A model generated the notes under the pieces. The model was not told where the DNA came from and searched no databases. It saw only the letters and a list, made by a program, of their open reading frames with translations. The translations under genes and the position numbers were made by a program. A stretch of DNA of 64,000 nucleotides from an uncultured Ignavibacteria bacterium. GTDB lineage: Bacteria; Zixibacteria; MSB-5A5; SM1-73. This document shows, piece after piece, positions 38,623 to 48,756 of the stretch. Positions within the stretch are counted from its first letter, which is position 1. The number at the start of each line of letters is the position of its first letter. The DNA lies in assembly GCA_964348415.1 (NCBI GenBank), contig CAYGCR010000009.1:649-64648 (forward strand), given 5' to 3'.

Positions 38623-40176
38623 TCAGTCGCAAGGCGGTGAGCCTCCTCTAAACAAGTAGCTTATTACATAGACCACATCACCGGATTGAACTACACCGTC
38701 ACAGTTAGCGTCCCCAGCCTGCAAGATCGGGAGCGGCGGGGTCCCACCTCTGAACAAATAGCTTATCAGATAGACCACATCTCCAGCCTCAACGGCCCCG
38801 CTTTGATTGACATCTCCGCGCCAGAATTGAGCATATCTAATGGTGGTACAATCCTTCACAGTCAAGATCCCATCACTGAACCCGTTGACGTACACATTGC
38901 CAACGCTGTCCACTGCCAGGTCACGCCCGCCGTCAAAGCCAGCAACCGGTCCACCGTATGGTCCATCGTATCTTTCCACCCAGACCTCGTTACCTGAAGG
39001 ATCGTACTTGATGGTGGCGTAGTCGGGGTCTCCTTCTGTGCCAGGAGTTTGCCCGGTGACATAGACGTTTCCGGAATCATCTACTGCCAAAGCAAAAGCG
39101 CAATCGAAGGCACCCTCTACACCGTACAGCCTTACCCAAAGCTCATCACCCGAGGCATCATAAACTATGGTGCCATAGTCCTTGCAGTCGTATCACCCGC
39201 CCTCCATGTGGCTGGCCCCTGTCACATAAACTCGGCCCTCATGATCCACGGCTATGGCTTTGGGTACATCCGGCCCGTCTCCAGGACCGTTGTACCTTCT
39301 TACCCAGGCGGTGTCACCATTCGGATAGTACTTTATCGTGACGTAGTCGTCGTCTGAATCAGTGCTGTAACTTGTCCCGGTTACGTAGACATTGCCGGAA
39401 GCGTCCACAGCGACGGCTCTACCCGCATCCGCTCCGTTTCCCGGACCGTTGTACCTGCCCACCCAGGCGGTATCTCCGTCAGGATAGTACTTTATGGTTG
39501 CGCAGTCCGTGGCTGTCTCACTGGCGTAACTTTCTCCGGTTACGTAAGCAAAACCGAAATCATCTATGGCCAAGGCGTGAGCGCAATCAAGTTGATTTCC
39601 GGGTCCGTCGTAAGTCCTCAGCCAGGCTGTATCGCCGTTTGGATAGTACTTTATGAGGACATAGTCCTCATTTGTTTCCTCGTCGAGACTTTGTCCAGTG
39701 ACATATGCATTGCCGGAAGCGTCCAGCTCTACGGCCGTGGCAAAATCCTCGCCGTTGCCAGATCCATTATGCCGCCATACCCAGACCTCGCTGCCGGAAG
39801 AATCATACTTTATGGTGGCAATGTCTGAGTCCGTCCCCACTCCAAAGCTCCATCCGGTCACGTAAACGTTACCCGAGCCATCCACAGCTATGTCCTCAGT
39901 CACGTCATTCGAGCCGGCCGGTCCGTCGTAGCTTCCAACCCATTTAGCAATTCCATCTTTCGAGTACTTTATGGTAAGATAGTCGGTCGTGATGATATCA
40001 GAGACGTAACTGTTACCTGCAACGTAGAGATAGCCGGAAGCATCTAAAGCTAAGGCACCGCCTTCGACGATTGCCGGTCCGGCGTATCTCCTCACCCAGG
40101 CGGTATCGACGGACTGGGCAGCGGCAGACGCGCTAGCCAAAAGCAAAATCGCCAATATACAGAACTTTCTGGTCAT
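38623..40176 (-). CDS. secreted SBBP beta-propeller-repeat protein with C-terminal double dockerin-like module, containing an in-frame TGA (39193-39195). Candidate selenoprotein or disrupted gene.
   Basis: Signal peptide MTRKFCILAILLLASASAAAQ. About 8 repeats SGNVYVTG.S....DY.TIKY..G...W. The reading frame continues uninterrupted through TGA (…VTGASHMEGG-TGA-YDCKDYGTIVYDASG…) into ORF 38623-39090, which ends with two dockerin-like Ca loops (GDVNQSGAVEAGD / GDANCDGVVQSGD). Confidence 0.55.
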
Positions 40177-40197
40177 ACTCCGACTCCTACCTTAGGT

Positions 40198-40530
40198 TTA
40201 GGGGTTAGCCTTGCTCTCATGTGGCTTCTGGCAGAACTGTTTCGTCTCCTTGTATTTGCCGATGAACTCCTGATGTGACATGAACCCGTAATAGGTCTCC
40301 GGTTTGTCCGGCTCAAGTTCGTAAGCTTTATGAAGTACAGAGACGTCCTTCACGCCGTAGTGATTCCAGAATCTGAGAGGGTAGTACTCATAAGTGCCGG
40401 GGCTTCTCCGGCTTGCCGTCTAGGGACTGACTGCGCACGCGTAATCGAAGCACAGGAGCAGGAAAAAGAATATCCACAGTGCGTGGTGAAATCGTCTGGT
40501 GATTCTGATCCTCCTCATCTTGAGATTCAT
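40198..40530 (-). pseudogene. small secreted protein ORF interrupted by an in-frame TAG (40420-40422)
   Basis: Strong RBS aaggagg-ATG. MNLKMRRIRITRRFHHALWIFFFLLLCFDYACAVSP-TAG-TASRRSPGTYEYYPLRFWNHYGVKDVSVLHKAYELEPDKPETYYGFMSHQEFIGKYKETKQFCQKPHESKANP*. Signal-peptide-like N-terminus. Not in the ORF track because of the amber codon. Confidence 0.3.
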
Positions 40531-40843
40531 GCCTCCTTTGGCAGTGGCATCTCACCCTTTAATACGCACCACGTTCAGATGGGTTCAGAGTTTTTTCCAG
40601 AAGCCGGCTTCAGCCAACAGCGTCGGATAGGCCTTGCGACCATATCCGACCTAACTTTCTAACGAGAGCCACTGCGCAAGCCGATTTCCACAATATCATT
40701 TACAATGGCCTCACTTGCAGAAGGTCGGTGTTGGCACTTTGTTTCTGCAAACTCGTACTTATCCTTTGTGACTCTAATTGGCTGCCTCTTTCCCGCTACC
40801 ATGATGTGCGACTTGCTTTTATCTAGTGTTATCTGCAATGATA

Positions 40844-40865
40844 GGGGCGGGATGAATTCCCGCCC
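40844..40865. repeat. palindromic hairpin repeat GGGGCGGG-ATGAATTC-CCGCCC (copy 2)
   Basis: Identical core to copy 1. Located 3' of the 40977-42815 gene on the minus strand. Confidence 0.6.
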
Positions 40866-40976
40866 TTATCAGATCCACGATTTACTTGTTGGGGTCGCAC
40901 TCATGCGGCCGGTGGGCCTCCGTCCTTCGACAGGCTCAGGATGGTCAGTTTAAGGTCAGACTCATCTGCCTGAAGC

Positions 40977-42815
40977 TTAACCACAGCCTGGCGGGTCACC
41001 GTTTCTGAAAAGGTAGTTGACCAGAAAGACCACGTCACCGGGTTCAACCGCGCCGTCACAGTTGGCATCTCCGGCCCACAGAGGATAGGGAGGAGAATCA
41101 CCTCTGAAAAAGTAGTTTATCATATAGACTATATCCGAAGGGTCAACCACCCCGTCTGCGTTAGCGTCGCCCCGCAAGAAGACCTGGAAGGTCCAAGTTT
41201 CGGTTGACCAGGTTTCTGCATACTCATCATAAGCTCTCACCTTCCAGTAGTAGGTCCCCAGATCAAAGGCAGCCGTGTAACCGCTAGTCAAGAGGCCTCC
41301 GCAGACAGCCGTGGAGTCCGGATGGAAGGAAGGAGAATGACTGACATACAGGTCATATCTCACTTCGTCCAGGGGATCGGGGTCTATGGCATCTTCCCAT
41401 TCGAAGATCACAATGAAACTCAAAAGAGAGCTGTCCGGGGGCATAAGGAGGGAAAACGCATCAGGAGGGGAGTTCTCCACATACTTTATGGTGGCGTAGT
41501 CGTATCCTGTGGCACCACCTTCACTATAACCGGTCACGTAGACGTTGCCGGAATCGTCCAAAGCTATGTCACGCCCCCCGTGCCAGCCCTCTGCCTGCCC
41601 GTGGTACCTTTGTATCCAAGCCACGCTCCCCAAAGAATCATACTTAATGGTGGCATAGTCCACGTACGGTGACATATCCATACTCTCTCCGGTTACGTAG
41701 ACATTGCCGGAATCGTCTACTGCCAGAGCATAAGGTCGATCAGAGTCGAAAGGTCCGTAGTACGTTGCTTCCCAAAGGACATTACCCGAGGCACCATAAA
41801 CTATGGTGCCGAAACAGCTGCAGGACGCTCACCCGGTCGAGGTTCGGAGGGCTCCTGTCACGCAGACTCGACCCCCGGCATCAACCGCCAAATCATACGG
41901 TCTATCCGGTCCGTTCACCGGACCATTATATCGTCTTGTCCAGGCAGTATCTCCATTTGGGTAGTACATTACCGTGAGGTAATCCTTGTCAGTGCTCTCT
42001 AAGTAACTCTGACCTGTCACATATACGTTACCCTGTGGGTCTACAGCTATGGCAAGAGCTGCATCCCAGGCGGCACCCGGACTGGTGAATCGCCGCACCC
42101 ACGCGGTGTCACCGTTTGGATGGTATTTTACGGTGGCATAGTCGAAGCCCGTCGCCGCGGTCAGGCTTTGTCCGGTCACCAGGATGTAACCAGACTCGTC
42201 CAAGGCCACCGCCGTAGCGTAATCGTAGTCGTTGTCCGGGCCGTCGTATCTCCTCAGCCACAGGGTGTCTCCGGCAGGGCCATACTTTATTGTGACATAG
42301 TCCCTGTTTGTGTCCTCATACAGGCCTTGGCCGGTCACATAGACATTCCCCAAATCGTCCGCGGCTACCCCCGTGGCAAAATCCTCACCGTTAGACGTTC
42401 CGTTATACCTCCTGACCCAAAGCTCGTTTCCGGAGCCATCATACTTCACGGTGGCCCAATCCACCCCTGTTTCAGAGCCGGTGCTCCAGCCGCTCACGTA
42501 CACATTTCCAGAAGCGTCCACTGCTATCACGTTGGCCACGTCATCGAGGCCGGCCGGTCCGTCGTATCTTCTGACCCAGGCGGTGTCTCCATCTGGAAGA
42601 TACTTTATGGTGAGATAGTCCCACCATGTCCCACTGCCGGTACTGTATCCGGTGACGTACGCGTTGCCTGATCCATCAACTGCTATAGCCAGAGCCTTGT
42701 CCCAGGCGCTTGCCGGCCCGTCGTATCTGCTTACCCAAGCGGCTCCCATGTTCTGAGCTACTACCGGCGTACTTGCCAAAAGCAAGATCACAAAAACGAA
42801 AAACGTTCTGGTCAT
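40977..42815 (-). CDS. secreted SBBP beta-propeller-repeat / dockerin paralog with in-frame TGA (41829-41831) at the position homologous to the neighbouring gene. Candidate selenoprotein.
   Basis: Signal peptide MTRTFFVFVILLLASTPVVAQ (ATG 42815). Frame continues …VTGALRTSTG-TGA-ASCSCFGTIVYGASG… into ORF 40977-41681. C-terminal dockerin-like loops (GDANADGVVDPSD / GDANCDGAVEPGD). 33 nt downstream of the TGA are nearly identical to the paralog. Confidence 0.55.
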
Positions 42816-43096
42816 GCGGCGACTCCGTTTTGAAGGTGAGGAGCAGAATAGATGTCTTCTCTTGTATGAAGGTGTTCCACCACTACTATAACTCAAAAAT
42901 CCGAAAAATCAAGAAAAATCTTTCCCTGCGAACGCATACCTTGTCCCCTTCCCAGATCGCAGGTGTTAGGCAACAGTGACACGTTGACTCACAGTGTGCA
43001 TTGGGCCTTTCCTTAGTGCTCCCCATCAAGCGGATGAGAACAGATCAGTAGTAGGGGTCGCATTTATGTGACCCGCGGGTTCTATGAATTGAACCC

Positions 43097-43723
43097 CTAC
43101 AGATCCCATCTGTCTTGAATCCTGTATATCTCCTGCGGGGTCACGATGATGTCTACTCTGGCGTCATGCTCAACGTGGGGCACGGAATCGACCAATTGCA
43201 GAGCATGAACGGTGGTAACAACGGGGATTTCGCCGAATTTGTCTCTAATCGTCTGGACTTCGATGTCACCGTAGCCCCCTCCTTTACCCAATCTCCAGCC
43301 CGACCGGTCCACAGCTACGCAGCTGGTAATAATCAAATCCGGCCTGGGAATTTCTCTAACCGGCTTGCCATACTTGAACGCACCCCTAATGCTGGACGCC
43401 TCTTGCTCCCTGCCTTTCACATTCTGAGGATCGATCTGCAGACACCCGTGTTTCAGTCGTGGAGATGCCATTATCAAAGTCTTCCCATCTTTCAAAGCGA
43501 ATTCTCTGATCCTCTTCTGCGGCGAATCCGGGTTAGCGAAAACAACCCTGGCTTTTTTCCATTCCGGCAGCGTTCGCACCAAGTCGGCGGCCTTGTCGCT
43601 CCCGATGAAATTGGGAATTCGACCTCTGATCGGGAGTGGAAAGACAGCAACATTCTTTTGCTCCAGAAGCTGCCAGATTTCGTTTCTTAACCGTTCTTTT
43701 TCCTCGGAGATTTTATTTTTCAT
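43097..43723 (-). CDS. 5-formyltetrahydrofolate cyclo-ligase family protein
   Basis: GKGGGYGD motif (5-FTHF cyclo-ligase GxGGGYYD signature). 208 aa. Confidence 0.65.
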   Translation of the reverse strand: MKNKISEEKERLRNEIWQLLEQKNVAVFPLPIRGRIPNFIGSDKAADLVRTLPEWKKARVVFANPDSPQKRIREFALKDGKTLIMASPRLKHGCLQIDPQNVKGREQEASSIRGAFKYGKPVREIPRPDLIITSCVAVDRSGWRLGKGGGYGDIEVQTIRDKFGEIPVVTTVHALQLVDSVPHVEHDARVDIIVTPQEIYRIQDRWDL

Positions 43724-43813
43724 AACAGATAATCATGCACAAGAAGCTCGTGTTCTAGCTCCCCCTGTGTCGCCCTCTCCATTTCGTGCAGAGGGGGATT
43801 AAGGGGGGAGAGG

Positions 43814-44062
43814 TCAAAATAGCTTGCTCATCACCCACATCAGGATTACTATGGATATAAGCGCATCGATCACTACCAAAACTGAGTATCTCACATCCCG
43901 CCAGGTCACATCGGCAGAAAATGGCGACTTGGTCAGAAGGAATTTGAACTTCTCGCCTGTCCGTGAAACCGCCACCTTTTGCCACCCCTTCAAGAGAAGC
44001 CTGAGCACTAAAACAAACAAAAGAACCAGTATTGCTATCTTGAGTCCATCTAAATCTCGCAT
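43814..44062 (-). CDS. hypothetical small membrane protein
   Basis: 82-aa ORF with two hydrophobic helices. Followed on the minus strand by a CCCTCT/AGAGGG hairpin. Confidence 0.3.
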   Translation of the reverse strand: MRDLDGLKIAILVLLFVLVLRLLLKGWQKVAVSRTGEKFKFLLTKSPFSADVTWRDVRYSVLVVIDALISIVILMWVMSKLF

Positions 44063-44199
44063 CTCAGTAGAATAATCTAAAGAGTGTGAAGGCCTGTAAG
44101 GCGTCCCTCATACTTTCTAAAGCGTGAAAACGAGAACCAGCACCCAACTTCAGTTAAGTGCTGGTCTCCAGCCACAACCATGAGCGTCTTCACAAACGA

Positions 44200-46683
44200 T
44201 TAAGTTTCCGGTGCGGATGCCTCTTGATTTGCATTTTCATTCGCCTCGCCTTTCACCACCCTGGCCACATCCACCACCCTGTCTCCTGCGGTCAGGTTTA
44301 TCAATCTCACCCCCTGGGTAGCTCGCCCAATCACGCTTATCTGCTTGACCGGCTGCCTGATAATGATCCCCTTCTGGGTGATGAGCATCAGCTCGTCATC
44401 GGTCACCACTTCTTTGATATCTACCACTCTTCCGTTCTTGTCGGTGATCTTGATGTTGATTATCCCTTTGCCGCCACGATTGGTCACACGATAGTCAGAA
44501 ATGTTGGTGCGCTTGCCGTAGCCCTTTTCAGTGACTGAGAGTAAGGTAGCGTCCCTTTTGACCACCACCATGCCGATCACCACGTCTTTCTTCCCCAAGG
44601 TGATTCCCTTCACGCCGTAAGCTGCTCTTCCCATATCTCGAACCTTGTCCTCGTGGAATCGAATAGCCTGCCCATCCCTGGTCGCCAGGACTGCGTCACA
44701 TGTGCCGTCCGTGATTTTGGCCTCGATCAGATTGTCTTTCTCCGGGATGTTCATGGCGTTGATTCCGCCTCTTCGGGGATTGCTGAAGGCAGAAAGCACC
44801 GTTTTTTTGATTACCCCGTTCTGGCTCGCCATAACCACAAAATGCTTGTCGTCAAACTCTCTCACCGGCAGAAAGGCAGCGATCTTTTCCTCCTCCCCCA
44901 CGTCCAACATGTTCACAATAGGCTTGCCCTTAGCCAGCCTCCCGCCCACCGGAATCTCGTGCACCTTGATCCAGTGACATCTTCCCCTGGGCGTGAAGAA
45001 AAGGATGTAGTTATGGGTGGAGGCGATGAACAGATGCTCGACAAAATCCTCCTGCTTGGTCTCAATGCCGATCACTCCCCTTCCGCCCCGGCTCTGCCTC
45101 CTGTATGAGGTGATGGAGAGCCTCTTGATGTATCCGGAATGGGTGATGGTGATAACCATGTCCTCTTCTGCGATCAGATCCTCGATGGTGAACTCCTCTT
45201 CCTCCTCCTCCCGTATCTCAGTTCTGCGCTCGTCCCCGTATTTTTTCTTAAGCTCGAGAAGTTCCTCTTTGATTATGCTCATCCTCTTGGGCTTGCTTGC
45301 CAGGATCCCTTTGAGCTTCTCGATCAGTTTGATCGTATCCAGATATTCCTGCTCAACTTTTTCCCTCTCCAGACCGGTGAGCCTCTGAAGCCGCATATCC
45401 AGAATAGCCTGAGCTTGAATTTCAGACAGCTTGAATTTCTCCATCAGACCATTCCGGGCATCCTCTACGGTCTTGGATGCTCTGATAAGCTTTATCACTG
45501 CATCAATGTGATCTAAGGCGATCTTTAGCCCTTCAAGGATGTGGGCTCGATGCTCTGCTTTTTTGAGCTCGAACTGAGTCCTGCGGGTAACGACCTCGTG
45601 CCGGTGCTCCAGGAAGAGAGTTAGCAGCTCTTTTAAGTTCAAAACCTTCGGTTCACCGTCCACCAGCGCCAGCATGATCACCCCGAAGGTGGTCTGCATC
45701 TGGGTGTGCTTGAAGAGCTGATTCAGAACCACATCCGTCTGCGCATCCCGCTTGAGCTCCACCACGATCCTCATGCCGTCCCGGTCCGATTCGTCTCTTA
45801 AATCAGAGATTCCTTCAATAAGCTTGTCCCGCACCAGGTGAGCGATCCTCTCCAGAAGGTTGGACTTGTTTATCTGGTACGGTATCTCGGTGATGACTAT
45901 GCTCTCCTTGCCGCTCTTATGCTTTTCCACATTGACCCTGGCTTTTAGTATAACCCTCCCCCGTCCGGTCCTATAAGCCTCCACGATGCCCTTTTTACCC
46001 TGAACGATTCCTCCGGTAGGAAAATCCGGGCCCGGAACATACTCCAAGACCTTTTCATCCTCCAACTCGGGCTCGTCAATGAGAGCCACCAGGGCATCCA
46101 CCACTTCGGTTATGTTATGGGTGGGGATATTGGTTGCCATCCCCACGGCAATGCCGGACGCACCGTTGCAGACCAGATTGGGGAACTTGCTGGGCAGCAC
46201 GACTGGCTCCTGTCGGGTCTCATCGTAATTGGGCTGGAAGCCGACGGTCTCTTTCTCCAAATCCTGCAACATCTCCGTCGCCAGGGGAGCAAGTCTTGCC
46301 TCGGTATACCTCATGGCTGCCGGGGCATCGCCATCAATGGAGCCGAAGTTGCCCTGTCCGTCAACCAAAACGTACCGCATATTGAAATCCTGCGCCATCC
46401 GCACCAGGGTGGGATAGACCACCTGCTCTCCGTGGGGATGATAGTTACCTGAGGTGTCGCCGGCAATCTTGGCGCATTTCCTATGGGGCCTTCCCGGAGC
46501 CAGATTGAGATCATTCATCGCCACCAGAATGCGACGGTTGGAGGGCTTCAGCCCGTCCCTGACGTCGGGTAAGGCGCGGGCAGTGATCACCGACATGGAG
46601 TAGTCGATGTAAGAGGACTTCATCTCCTCTTCAATGTATACCGGAACGATCTTTTCTCTTTCCATAGCCATATTAAACCTCAC
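44200..46683 (-). CDS. gyrA: DNA gyrase subunit A
   Basis: [36 protein letters not shown], active-site Tyr region, C-terminal beta-pinwheel repeats. True start probably MAMERE/MEREK a few codons in. Confidence 0.95.
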   Translation of the reverse strand: MRFNMAMEREKIVPVYIEEEMKSSYIDYSMSVITARALPDVRDGLKPSNRRILVAMNDLNLAPGRPHRKCAKIAGDTSGNYHPHGEQVVYPTLVRMAQDFNMRYVLVDGQGNFGSIDGDAPAAMRYTEARLAPLATEMLQDLEKETVGFQPNYDETRQEPVVLPSKFPNLVCNGASGIAVGMATNIPTHNITEVVDALVALIDEPELEDEKVLEYVPGPDFPTGGIVQGKKGIVEAYRTGRGRVILKARVNVEKHKSGKESIVITEIPYQINKSNLLERIAHLVRDKLIEGISDLRDESDRDGMRIVVELKRDAQTDVVLNQLFKHTQMQTTFGVIMLALVDGEPKVLNLKELLTLFLEHRHEVVTRRTQFELKKAEHRAHILEGLKIALDHIDAVIKLIRASKTVEDARNGLMEKFKLSEIQAQAILDMRLQRLTGLEREKVEQEYLDTIKLIEKLKGILASKPKRMSIIKEELLELKKKYGDERRTEIREEEEEEFTIEDLIAEEDMVITITHSGYIKRLSITSYRRQSRGGRGVIGIETKQEDFVEHLFIASTHNYILFFTPRGRCHWIKVHEIPVGGRLAKGKPIVNMLDVGEEEKIAAFLPVREFDDKHFVVMASQNGVIKKTVLSAFSNPRRGGINAMNIPEKDNLIEAKITDGTCDAVLATRDGQAIRFHEDKVRDMGRAAYGVKGITLGKKDVVIGMVVVKRDATLLSVTEKGYGKRTNISDYRVTNRGGKGIINIKITDKNGRVVDIKEVVTDDELMLITQKGIIIRQPVKQISVIGRATQGVRLINLTAGDRVVDVARVVKGEANENANQEASAPET

Positions 46684-46963
46684 GTGATCAGAAAATTCCT
46701 TTTCCTCTCATAGAGTTAGGAGTAGAAATGCGAAGGATTCAAAGTTCAAAATGCAAAAACCAAAATTACGATTCAAAATCCAAAATTAAAAATCTCTTGG
46801 GGCAGGGTAATTTTGAATTTTGCTCTTTGCATTTTCAATTCGTCTAACCTCTCCGCCTGTTTCCCCTTCTCCACTCTGTGGAGAGGGGAACTGAGGGGTG
46901 AGGTAAATATATGCTTTTTCTTACATTTACGCAACACCCAGGCTGGATAAAAACCACATTTTT

Positions 46964-46987
46964 GCGGGGTGATGAATTCCCGACCCT
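46964..46987. repeat. degenerate copy of the GAATTC-loop hairpin repeat (copy 3)
   Basis: gcggggtgATGAATTCCCGaccc shares the 12-nt core gATGAATTCCCG. Arms are partly decayed. Confidence 0.4.
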
Positions 46988-47013
46988 ATGCTGTAGAGGC
47001 CACATTTCTGTGG

Positions 47014-47036
47014 TAGGCAGATCCGCCTACGGCGGA
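47014..47036. repeat. 23-bp direct repeat TAGGCAGATCCGCCTACGGCGGA (copy 1; internal palindrome TCCGCC-TAC-GGCGGA)
   Basis: 22/23 identical to 47190-47212. Lies in the 550-bp gyrA upstream region. Confidence 0.55.
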
Positions 47037-47189
47037 CATGCGGCCCGCGGGCTCGATGAGTCGAACCTCTACGTCCCTTCCGTAGAGCAGGGCATTCAGC
47101 CCTGCCAGCTCGTATCCGTGAACGTATTGAAGGGAAAACGTGGTAGCCGCCCCGCCTTTGGCGGGGCGCCCTCTCGCACCCTATCTGCC

Positions 47190-47212
47190 CTAGGCAGATC
47201 CGCCTCCGGCGG
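47190..47212. repeat. 23-bp direct repeat TAGGCAGATCCGCCTCCGGCGGA (copy 2)
   Basis: See copy 1. Flanked by the GGTGGTAGCCGC ... GCGGCTACCACC long-range inverted repeat. Confidence 0.55.
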
Positions 47213-47238
47213 AAAGGGTGCGGCTACCACCCTTTCCC

Positions 47239-48519
47239 CTAAAATAAGCCCAATTGCTCGGTCGGCTGTTTCTCCTTCTCCGCGAAAATCTGTATCTTGC
47301 CATAGACCCCGTCATGCCCCGGAGTTATTTGCAGATTTCCCTCTCTGACTCTCCTAATTCCCTCAAGGATCTTGGGCGGCGTGGATTTTTCCAATTCCTC
47401 CAAAGGAAGATCAAGAAGTATCCTGAACTCGGAGCCGAACGTGGAGACCAGCCTCAGATACTCGCTTTCCACCCCTTTGGTATCCACACCTTGATTTAAG
47501 GCCTCTGCGATGATCTCCTGCAGGGGTATCAGATGCTTGCAGGGAATGGCTCCTTCCGGTTTGAATCCCTCCGGCCGATCAGACAGTGTCTCAACTCGAT
47601 GCATCACGCCGACAGTGAGCTTGCGCCCGCATACCGGGCAGATGTTTTTGTGTTTTCTGGATTCGGCTGGTGAGAAGAGTACCCCACAGTTCCGGTGCCC
47701 GTCGAAGTGGTACTTCCCTTCCTCCGGGAAGAACTCAATGCTGAAAAGAAATTTGTTTTTGTCTCTGGTTTTGATCGCTTTTACTATATCCTTGAAGCTC
47801 ATCTCGCAGTTGAAAGCATTCGCCTCCCGACCTATGCGATTCGGGGAATGCGCGTCGGAGTTGGAGATTAAGGCTATCTTGTCCAATGCAGACCAACGCC
47901 AGTTCATCTCCGGATCAGAAGATAGGCCGGTCTCAATGCAGGAGATGTGTTTTAACTGCTCCTCAAAACAGTCCTCCAGGCAATCAAAACCGGAATTGGC
48001 TCCGAACACGGAAAACCAGGGTGTCCAGGCATGAGCCGGCACTATGAAACACTGGTCCGTGATGTCTGCGATTATCTCCACCAGCTCCTTGGTGGGAAAT
48101 CCGAAGATGGGCCTGCCGTCCGACCCCAATTTGCCGTACTGGGAGAGTTCCTCGTTTATCTTTTCCACCACCTCAAAGCTGGGTGCAAAGATCATGGTGT
48201 GAATTCTTCTGCCCGATCCACCTTGCTGAAACATGTTGCTCACCTCGGTGGTAAGCATGAAATGAACTTCTTTCTGGGAACCGTTATCTACGATTCCTGC
48301 AGACCTTTTGAACTCCCTTTTCAGCGTAAAAAGTCCGAAGCCGGTGGGCTGTAGCTTCTGCTTCAGTTCTGCAAAGTAGAAGGGATGGGTAAAGTCCCCC
48401 GTCCCAAGTAGACCTAAGCCCTTGAGGTTCGCCCACCGAGCCATATTCTCCACATCCATCTCTTTGGAAGTAGCCCGACTGTACTTGGAGTGCACGTGAA
48501 AATCGGCTATGAATTTCAT
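47239..48519 (-). CDS. PHP-domain endonuclease Q (EndoQ)-like protein
   Basis: MKFIADFHVHSKYSRATSK ... GLGLLGTGDFTHP ... VPAHAWTPWFSVF parallel the P. furiosus EndoQ DLHIHSHYSKAVSK / GLNLVGTGD / GPAHAFTPWTSLY. C-terminal Zn-finger CPVCGRK. ATG 48519 with RBS ggag. Confidence 0.7.
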   Translation of the reverse strand: MKFIADFHVHSKYSRATSKEMDVENMARWANLKGLGLLGTGDFTHPFYFAELKQKLQPTGFGLFTLKREFKRSAGIVDNGSQKEVHFMLTTEVSNMFQQGGSGRRIHTMIFAPSFEVVEKINEELSQYGKLGSDGRPIFGFPTKELVEIIADITDQCFIVPAHAWTPWFSVFGANSGFDCLEDCFEEQLKHISCIETGLSSDPEMNWRWSALDKIALISNSDAHSPNRIGREANAFNCEMSFKDIVKAIKTRDKNKFLFSIEFFPEEGKYHFDGHRNCGVLFSPAESRKHKNICPVCGRKLTVGVMHRVETLSDRPEGFKPEGAIPCKHLIPLQEIIAEALNQGVDTKGVESEYLRLVSTFGSEFRILLDLPLEELEKSTPPKILEGIRRVREGNLQITPGHDGVYGKIQIFAEKEKQPTEQLGLF

Positions 48520-48756
48520 TTTTATCTCCAGGTGAGGGAAAAATCCATTCTGTTTATGCAATAATTATACTCACCCAACACCCGCTTGTCAACCTAAACT
48601 TCTCGGGACAGCCCTTGGATCTCTTGCTCCTGCCGCGCAAGCTGAAGCCTGCGTCCATTCACCCCTTACTTACTCCGAATTGCTTTGTAGCAGGGAACAG
48701 GGATAAAATCCCGCTGAAAAACGATAGAACTCTGACAAAGAAAAACCAAGCCTGCT

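Noticed and set aside
40330-40662. 110-aa plus-strand ORF between the two SBBP paralogs
   Set aside because: No RBS and no family match. The opposite strand carries an RBS-equipped signal-peptide ORF (interrupted by TAG), which better explains the coding signal.
38623-42896. Alternative genetic code (UGA as sense codon, e.g. code 4 or 25) to explain read-through
   Set aside because: TGA terminates many well-conserved genes in the window (e.g. the secretin and PilP-like genes), and standard-code ORF calling yields full-length GyrA, MnmG and MnmE.
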